From Candidatus Latescibacterota bacterium (GTDB lineage Bacteria; Latescibacterota; UBA2968), in assembly GCA_965204375.1 (NCBI GenBank), contig OZ241986.1, positions 4,736,001 to 4,800,000 of the forward strand: a stretch of DNA of 64,000 nt, in the 5' to 3' direction. Positions 57,880 through 64,000 of this stretch are shown here, piece after piece (position 1 is the stretch's first letter; each line of letters opens with the position of its first letter). The translations under genes and the position numbers were made by a program. The notes below the pieces were generated by a model. It worked only from the letters and a program-made list of their open reading frames with translations. It was not told where the DNA came from and did not search any database.

Positions 57880-58311
57880 ATGCTCGTTGGTATATCCCCA
57901 TTGTTCAGTCCCGAGTTGCTGGCTACGATTTATCGCATGGGACACGGAGATGAGATTGTTCTGGCAGATGCGCATTTTCCCGGACATTCGGTGAATGCCA
58001 ATACGCTTCGGGCAGATGGTCTGGGGGTTGCGGCGTTGCTGGAGGCAATTTTGCCGCTGTTTGTGCTGGATACGTATGTGGATAGTCCGGTTTTTATGAT
58101 GGATGCGGTGCCGGGCGATGCGCTCGATCCCGCGGTTGAGGCGTCTTACCGGGCTGTTATTGACCGGGTATGGCCCGATACACCCCCTATTGCGCGCGTT
58201 GAACGCTTTGCTTTTTACGAACAGGCGAGAGACGCTTTTGCGGTTGTTATGACCGGGGAGACGGCGAAATATGGCAATGTTATTTTGAAGAAAGGTGTGA
58301 CGGAAGTGTGA
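57880..58311 (+). CDS. fucU: RbsD/FucU family (L-fucose mutarotase-like)
   Basis: [38 protein letters not shown]. Confidence 0.88.
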   Translation: MLVGISPLFSPELLATIYRMGHGDEIVLADAHFPGHSVNANTLRADGLGVAALLEAILPLFVLDTYVDSPVFMMDAVPGDALDPAVEASYRAVIDRVWPDTPPIARVERFAFYEQARDAFAVVMTGETAKYGNVILKKGVTEV

Positions 58312-58427
58312 AGTGTGAAGTGTGAAGTAGGAAGTGTGAAGTAGGAAGTGTGAAGTAGGATAAGACACCAGCTTTAGGGTGGTGGGGCAGGGTCTTCTCA
58401 CTTCTTCCTTCTTCCTTCTAACTTCTT
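58303..58427. repeat. Heptamer tract plus inverted pyrimidine tract
   Basis: GAAGTGT/GAAGTAG units at 58303-58360 and CTTCT-rich inverse units at 58394-58427. Confidence 0.75.
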
Positions 58428-58455
58428 AACCTGTCCAAAAGGACAGGTTGTTTTT
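58428..58455 (+). terminator. Intrinsic terminator of the catabolic operon
   Basis: AACCTGTCC-AAAA-GGACAGGTT followed by GTTTTT. Confidence 0.7.
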
Positions 58456-58538
58456 GTCCCTGGGGACGGTGTTTTGGGGTTTCGGATGGCGTATTTTTGG
58501 GGTGAGATTAGTTCATTCCAATCAAAAGGAGGCATACC

Positions 58539-60305
58539 ATGGCTGTGACGACTCTTGATTATGTGCCCTGTGCGCGTGTGGAAGATATTCCCGAGGGTGG
58601 GATTATGGCTGTGAATGTGGAGGGCCATGCGATTGCGCTGGCAAAGTCGGATGGCGAGATCCGGGCGGTGGATAATCGGTGCCCGCATATGGGGTATCCG
58701 CTGAGTGAGGGGTCGATTCACAATGGGTTGATTATTTGCCACTGGCATCACGCGCGGTTTGATCTGGTTAGCGGGTGTACGTTTGATCCGTTTGCCGATG
58801 ATGTTCGGAGTTATCCAGTGGATGTGCAGGATGGTGAGATTTATGTGAATGTGCATGCGACGCATCCCGATCCGGTGGGTCATTGGAAGCGGCGGTTGAG
58901 CGAGAGTTTGGAGCAGAATATCAATCTGGTGATTGCCAAGTCGGTGATCGCGCTTCGGGGTCAGCGGGTTGATGGCGATGAGATTGCGGAGATTGGCGCG
59001 CGGTATGGTGCGCTGAGGCGGCGTCAGGGGTGGGGTCCGGGGTTGACGATTTTGACGTGTATGGCGAATGTGGTGCCAAAGCTGGCGCCCGAGGATCAGG
59101 TTCTGGCGCTGTACCAGGGGTTGTTGCATGTGGCGAGCGAGACGAGCAATGCAGCGCCGAGGATTGTTTTTACGCCTCTGGAGACGGAGGAGCTGACGCT
59201 GGCGAGGATTAAGGAGTGGTTCCGCTATTTGATTGAGGTGCGGAATGCCGATGGTGCGGAACGCGCTTTGTTGACGGCGATCCAGATGGGGGCAACGCCT
59301 TCGGAGATGTGCGATATGCTGGTGACTGCAGCGACGGATCACTTTTATCGCGATGGCGGGCATGTGCTGGATTTTATCAATAAGGGTTTTGAGGTGCTCG
59401 AGCGCATTGGTTGGGACAAGGCCGATGAGGTTTTGCCTTCGCTGGTGGGTGTGCTTTCGGGTTCACAGCGGAGTGAGGAGTTGAATCGGTGGCGCAGTCC
59501 CGTTGATCTGGTGGCGTTGTTAAACGGCGCGTTTGATGAGCTTGAGGATCTGGTGCGCGAGGGTGAGGGGAAGACGTGGGACGATGCGGATGCTTTGACG
59601 GAGGTTCTGTCAGGTGATGATCCGCATGCGATTGTGGATGGGTTGAAGGCGGCGTTTGCCGGTGGGGCGACGCTGACGCAGTTGACGCAGACACTGACTT
59701 ATGCAGCGGCTTTGCGGATTGCGCGGTTTCACGTTAAGAATGAGTTTGCCGATTGGATCGCGGTGCTGCATACGCATTCGGCGGCCAATGCGCTGCATCA
59801 ATGTGCAAAGCGCGCGCCGTCTCTGGATCTGGCGCGGGGGATTTTCCACGGTGCAATGGCGCTGTATTTTGACCGGTGGTTTAATAAGCCGGCAGCCCGT
59901 TTGCCGCAGGATCAGCGCGCGACCCAGCAGTTGCCGGAGGATGCGGATGAGTTGCTGGATTCTTTTGTGGCGTTGCTCGATACTCAGGCGCAGGTGGATG
60001 AGGCGGGGCGAATTGTGTATCGGTATTTGTCGCTGGGGCATCCGCGCGGTGCTTTGTGCGAGCGGTTGGGCCATGTGTTGCTGCGAGAGGATGCCGAGTT
60101 TCATTCGTTCCAGATGCTGGAGTCTGCGTTTAGCCAGGCAGAGGAGTTGGATGAGGAACGCGCATGGATTACGCTGGTGGGCGCGGCGCGTTATCTGGCA
60201 GCGCATGCACCAACGGCGCGTGCGTTGGGACAGACGGCGAATTTGGCACTTCGACTCCACCGGGGAGAGGATCTTTCGGCTGAGGATCCAGATGAGGAGG
60301 TGTGA
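58539..60305 (+). CDS. Rieske (2Fe-2S) domain protein with long helical C-terminal region
   Basis: NRCPHMGYPL...ICHWHHARFD; AGGAGG RBS. Confidence 0.88.
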   Translation: MAVTTLDYVPCARVEDIPEGGIMAVNVEGHAIALAKSDGEIRAVDNRCPHMGYPLSEGSIHNGLIICHWHHARFDLVSGCTFDPFADDVRSYPVDVQDGEIYVNVHATHPDPVGHWKRRLSESLEQNINLVIAKSVIALRGQRVDGDEIAEIGARYGALRRRQGWGPGLTILTCMANVVPKLAPEDQVLALYQGLLHVASETSNAAPRIVFTPLETEELTLARIKEWFRYLIEVRNADGAERALLTAIQMGATPSEMCDMLVTAATDHFYRDGGHVLDFINKGFEVLERIGWDKADEVLPSLVGVLSGSQRSEELNRWRSPVDLVALLNGAFDELEDLVREGEGKTWDDADALTEVLSGDDPHAIVDGLKAAFAGGATLTQLTQTLTYAAALRIARFHVKNEFADWIAVLHTHSAANALHQCAKRAPSLDLARGIFHGAMALYFDRWFNKPAARLPQDQRATQQLPEDADELLDSFVALLDTQAQVDEAGRIVYRYLSLGHPRGALCERLGHVLLREDAEFHSFQMLESAFSQAEELDEERAWITLVGAARYLAAHAPTARALGQTANLALRLHRGEDLSAEDPDEEV

Positions 60306-60394
60306 TCCGCAGATGAACGCAGATGGACGCAGATAACCGTAGGGGCGAGGCAGGCCTCGCCCGTCATCGCGGCATGCTTAAAGCCGCGATCCAG
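60305..60394 (+). repeat. Stack of three repeat types (CGCAGATGAA units, GTAG-REP, GTCA-REP)
   Basis: CGCAGAT x3, GTAGGGGCGAGGCAGGCCTCGCCCGT (60339-60364), GTCATCGCGGCATGCTTAAAGCCGCGATCCAG (60363-60394). Confidence 0.8.
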
Positions 60395-60435
60395 TGGCGG
60401 GACGGATGATTCCAGATCACACAGACAGGTATTAC

Positions 60436-60468
60436 AAAAGCCTGTACCAGCGATGGTACAGGCTTTTT
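60436..60468. terminator. Bidirectional intrinsic terminator
   Basis: AAAAGCCTGTACCA-GCGA-TGGTACAGGCTTTT between convergent genes. Confidence 0.85.
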
Positions 60469-60476
60469 CTTTGGGT

Positions 60477-60869
60477 TCATGTCGTCGGTTTCCATTTTCC
60501 CTGTACGCGGTAGGCTTCATCGTCGCCCGACCACGGGGGCATGGTGATGGCGACCGCGCAGAGTGGTTCGCTGTTGTGGGCGCGAAATTGGAAGTGCGTG
60601 CCTTGTGGTATGGTGAGGCTTGTGCCAGGGGCGAGGGATGCGATTTCTTCGCGGTTGCCCTGTTTGCGCCACATTTCGCCCTGTCCGCTGATGATGTACC
60701 AAATTTCTTCGACGGTGCGGTGGGCAATGGCGATGGATGTTTTTCCGGGGGCGAGTTCAAAGTGGGCCATGCCGCCGCTTTTGAGTTCGAGGAGTATGCG
60801 GACGTCAGATCCATCGGGCGCGGTGATGTCGGGTTTTTGGGGCAGGCGTTTTGTGCTGAAGTTGGTCAT
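60477..60869 (-). CDS. Cupin domain protein
   Basis: APDGSDVR, HRTVEEIWYIISGQG, IPQGTHFQFR; AGGAG RBS. Confidence 0.88.
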   Translation of the reverse strand: MTNFSTKRLPQKPDITAPDGSDVRILLELKSGGMAHFELAPGKTSIAIAHRTVEEIWYIISGQGEMWRKQGNREEIASLAPGTSLTIPQGTHFQFRAHNSEPLCAVAITMPPWSGDDEAYRVQGKWKPTT

Positions 60870-60933
60870 GGTGTTCTCCTGAAAGCGGATCAACGAATCG
60901 GGATTAGCACTGACTTTGGGTAGTGGGGCAGGG

Positions 60934-60997
60934 TTCGTCTATTCGCCCTTCATCTGTGTTCATCTGCGTTCATCTGCGGATTATTCGTCTATTCGCC
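60934..60997 (-). repeat. Dispersed composite repeat (copy of 5507-5590)
   Basis: Reverse complement GCGAATAGACGAATAATCCGCAGATGAACGCAGATGAACACAGATGAAGGGCGAATAGACG. Confidence 0.75.
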
Positions 60998-61552
60998 TTC
61001 TCCAATGGTTTTTCGAAGCAGGACTCTTCCGCGGTACAGCCAGGTTTTTACGGTGCCTATGGGTACTTGCATTGCTTTTTCGATTTCGGCATACGAGTAG
61101 TCCTCGATATAACGCAGGCGCATGGCTTCGCGATATTGTTGTGGCAGTGTTTGTATGCTCCTGCGTACGAGGTGTTGGCATTCCCGTGCGTGCAGGGCGG
61201 TTTCCGGGTCCTGTACACAGGACGGGGCGATTTTTTCTATGCCTTCTGGCGTGTGGAAATAGGTTGTCCATTTGCGCCGTACGGATTGCGATTCGCTGTG
61301 CGAGATGCATACGTTCATTGCTATGCGGGTCAACCAGGTGGAGAATGCCGCGTCACCGCGAAAGCGATTGAGTCCCTGGTATGCTTTTATAAATGCGATT
61401 TGGACCAGGTCATCGATGTCGTCCTTGTTTTGTGTGTTGCTGGCTACGATTGCATAAATTCGGGCTACGTTTGCTTTGTACAGTTTGCCAAATGCGATCC
61501 CATCACCCATCCGCGCTTTTAGTACCATTGTCTGTTCTTCGTTCGGTGCCAT
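60989..61552 (-). CDS. ECF RNA polymerase sigma factor (paralog of 47687-48265)
   Basis: GDGIAFGKLY, FRGDAAFSTWLTRIAMN, YSYAEI...GTVKTWLYRGR; GAGGAG RBS. Confidence 0.92.
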   Translation of the reverse strand: MAPNEEQTMVLKARMGDGIAFGKLYKANVARIYAIVASNTQNKDDIDDLVQIAFIKAYQGLNRFRGDAAFSTWLTRIAMNVCISHSESQSVRRKWTTYFHTPEGIEKIAPSCVQDPETALHARECQHLVRRSIQTLPQQYREAMRLRYIEDYSYAEIEKAMQVPIGTVKTWLYRGRVLLRKTIGEGE

Positions 61553-61647
61553 GATACTCCTCTTGTGTCGTGAGGTCATGTTGTTTTTGTTGATCATCTA
61601 CTGTGTTCTGCACCGATGGGTGTTTGGGGCGGTCCGCGAAGGGCAAT

Positions 61648-61790
61648 AAAAAACCCGACATCGAATCTACCTCGATGTCGGGCACGTAGGGTATAGGCAC
61701 CAAAACCCCCACTCAGGGGTTGGCAAAATTTTAGCCTCCAGGGCATAATCGCCGCCTCCTGGAGGGATAATGGCAGTGTGAATGGACCAT
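61648..61790 (-). promoter_or_regulatory. Structured leader with intrinsic terminator upstream of the ECF gene
   Basis: 11-bp stem CCCGACATCGA/TCGATGTCGGG + T6 (61648-61682), two further hairpins, and a 19-codon uORF at 61731-61790. Confidence 0.55.
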
Positions 61791-62066
61791 TTATTTTTAC
61801 CTAAGAATATGTAATTTCAGGTATTTATCTCCTACAAGCAGAGGGCTTTTGTTTTTGGGATTGGACAATATAGCCCGTTCTGTTTTTTTCTGCAAGAAAA
61901 AATCTGTACCCTACAAAAAAATTGTTTTTTTGAAAATGAGGCGGGACAGCGATTAGCGGGCGATCACAATGTCGTCGTAGGGGACGATCCCTTTGCCATC
62001 CCAGCCTGTATATTAGACCGGACAGGTGAAAATTGTACGTCACGGGGTACGGCAAAAAGTGCGTCA

Positions 62067-63014
62067 TCAAAACTGGACGACAAAATCAATATACGGAACG
62101 CCGGGAAAAATTGCTCCCTCTCCTATCACATTGATCAGCCCCAGATCTACGCTTAATCGTTTGCCAAAGAATCGTATGCCATAAGAGATCAAGGGTTCGT
62201 CTATGCCGGGAAAGATCCAGTTTTCTGTGACAAATGCCGTCCGTCGCGTCAAGCGCTTCTCTCCTCCGATCATTACCATGGGACGATCTGCCAGATTTCC
62301 CTCTACAAAACCATAACCGAGTCCCGCAGTCAGGCTGGCATCGGGTTGCCCAAATGTTGTTACGCCATACAATATGCCCGCGACTTCAGGGTCATCTTCT
62401 TGAAAGTCCTCATCCTCATATCTCGGAATACGCACGAGAAGTGCGCCCAGGGCGAAAGAAAAAGTCTTTTCCTGTATTAAGCCGAATTTTGGTGCGACAA
62501 AAAATAATTGATCATTTATATCCACGGTGGGAAAGATGGAAAGTCCTCCTCCCAGAGTAAAGCGATCTGTGATTCCATAAGCAAAGCCTGGAAAAAAAAT
62601 ATAATAATCAGAGAAATAACCTTTGCCCTGTTTCAGCATGCGCGCCGTTGGTGCAAAGAATAGGCGTGTTATATTGGGGTTTGGAAACCAGAATTCTCCC
62701 TTTCGTATTAAGTCGGCAGACACTGTTTCAATGTGTTTGATTTTTGAAATGGGAATGTGGATAATGCCGAGGTCTGTCTTAAATGCAATCTCTTCAGTAC
62801 CAATCTCCACAATGCGTCCGATATTTGTCGATCCATCGGTTGTTTCTATCACCTGAATTTGAGTGGAATCGGGAATCGCCAACTGGGACGTGAGGGAGGA
62901 TGGTGCGTTCTTCGCGTGTTCTTCTGCAAAGATACTGTTTAGAGAGATTGCAGTATAGATCAAGAGTACCCATTGCGCTCGTATCATGACGAAATCCTCT
63001 AATCCCCTTTTCAT
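62067..63014 (-). CDS. Hypothetical exported protein, possible outer-membrane beta-barrel
   Basis: Signal-like segment, alternating beta-strand pattern, C-terminal Phe. Confidence 0.65.
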   Translation of the reverse strand: MKRGLEDFVMIRAQWVLLIYTAISLNSIFAEEHAKNAPSSLTSQLAIPDSTQIQVIETTDGSTNIGRIVEIGTEEIAFKTDLGIIHIPISKIKHIETVSADLIRKGEFWFPNPNITRLFFAPTARMLKQGKGYFSDYYIFFPGFAYGITDRFTLGGGLSIFPTVDINDQLFFVAPKFGLIQEKTFSFALGALLVRIPRYEDEDFQEDDPEVAGILYGVTTFGQPDASLTAGLGYGFVEGNLADRPMVMIGGEKRLTRRTAFVTENWIFPGIDEPLISYGIRFFGKRLSVDLGLINVIGEGAIFPGVPYIDFVVQF

Positions 63015-63358
63015 ACCTCAGAGACCGAAAGCACTGTGGTATAATACGCAAGCATGGCGTTGTCGGCGTCCGATTCCGTAATTTCATAAGGGATAGATTC
63101 AAATGATTTTTGCTCCTGTGCATCAAGTTCTTCTGAAAGGTAAAATTCATGAAGAATATCGTTTCTGCCAAAAGAAAAATTTCTGTCACCCTTGTCGGCT
63201 ATACGCACATCCGCTAAGAATACAACAGCGGAAAATATGACTTTAACCTTTTTAGCGTGGTGGTTCTGTAGTGTTCCTCTGACAGTAACAATATTGTCTG
63301 TCTTGCTTATAGATAGTCCACTTTCATCAATCGTTACCGTTGATGTATTTAGTATCAT
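63011..63358 (-). CDS. Hypothetical protein
   Basis: 115 aa, AGGAGG RBS, ATGA overlap with the next gene. Confidence 0.6.
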   Translation of the reverse strand: MILNTSTVTIDESGLSISKTDNIVTVRGTLQNHHAKKVKVIFSAVVFLADVRIADKGDRNFSFGRNDILHEFYLSEELDAQEQKSFESIPYEITESDADNAMLAYYTTVLSVSEV

Positions 63359-63466
63359 AGTTTAATCCTCCTGTGTGGTTTAGCCATTATATCTTTCCTT
63401 ATTCGTCGAGACAAGCGTAAACTTCACCGAGATTGACGTGAGGGTATCGGTTTAATAAAAAAGAAC

Positions 63467-63650
63467 GGTCAAGTCCTATATTTAGTTGAAATAATCGAGG
63501 CGGTTGGTTTCAGTCAGCAGCAAGTGCGTCTTGATTGTCTGTATCGAGTTTCAAGTTCTTCATAAGTGCGCGTCTGAGCCTGGGTAGGCTTTTGTAGCCT
63601 TTCACTCTTCGCAGGCGGGGTTCAATATCCAATAATGCGGTAGCTAACCA
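63467..63650 (-). mobile_element. IS256-family remnant (transposase C-terminus plus right end)
   Basis: Manual translation WLATALLDIEPRLRRVKGYKSLPRLRRAL...DALAAD*, followed by TTCAACTAAATATAGGACTTGACC. Confidence 0.7.
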
Positions 63651-63693
63651 GATTGACTGCCAAGAAGCCCAACTGCTCTATCGTTGGGAGTAA

Positions 63694-64000
63694 TCACCGC
63701 TCTTCACTCAGCGTTAATCGCAAGATCGCATCGGGCTGGTTGAGGACTACGTACACTGCGCCGTCTGGTCCGGATATAGCCTCGCGCACCCGTCCCGCGT
63801 TTTTCAGAATTACTTCTTCGTGTATGACGCGATCTCCGTCAACGGAGAGGACCCGCACGTCTTCGTATTTTAAGGATGCTACGAGCAATTTGTTTTGCCA
63901 TTTGGAGAACATGTTGCCACGGTAAAAATTGATGCCGCAGATGGCGATGGATGGTCTCCAATACAGGGTTGGTTGTTCCATTCCCGGTTGGCTGACGCGG
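63694..64000 (-). CDS. PQQ-dependent glucose/sorbosone dehydrogenase family, C-terminal part; starts outside the window
   Basis: PGMEQPTLYWRPSIA..G..FYRG..F..W...GRVRE...GPDGAVYV. Confidence 0.85.
   Translation of the reverse strand, partial: RVSQPGMEQPTLYWRPSIAICGINFYRGNMFSKWQNKLLVASLKYEDVRVLSVDGDRVIHEEVILKNAGRVREAISGPDGAVYVVLNQPDAILRLTLSEER

Noticed and set aside
58377-58393. GGGTRGTGGGGCAGGGT (also ~60918-60934) as a G-quadruplex
   Set aside because: Only three G3+ tracts; more likely part of the intergenic repeat families.

Overview
Bacterial chromosomal window; the gene content (many PhyH dioxygenases, orphan ABC permeases, TA modules) suggests a Latescibacterota/Gemmatimonadota-like lineage, which is inference only. 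About 46 kb (5.7-52.3 kb) is dominated by a minus-strand array of 12 roughly 800-aa MacB/FtsX-type ABC permeases. One is split by a recent IS5-family insertion, and there is also a 32-aa in-frame collapsed permease. The array is served by only two ATPases and one membrane-fusion protein. Four transcription units carry the same regulatory cassette: a sigma54 -24/-12 promoter, an IHF-like site and a 41-bp enhancer-like element identical in all four copies, at a fixed 63-64 bp spacing. Interspersed are TA modules, an anti-sigma-less ECF sigma factor, a TlpA-like thioredoxin, a PhnZ-like HD enzyme and a LytS/LytTR-hydrolase locus. The left flank holds an AAA ATPase, a Fic protein, a TPP enzyme and a PcfJ-like protein. 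The right flank holds a TIR (ThsB-like) gene with an unannotated truncated partner, a sugar-acid/dioxygenase operon, a Rieske protein, a second ECF sigma behind a structured attenuator-like leader, and IS remnants. Several families of short intergenic repeats occur throughout. No rRNA, tRNA or CRISPR array was seen.
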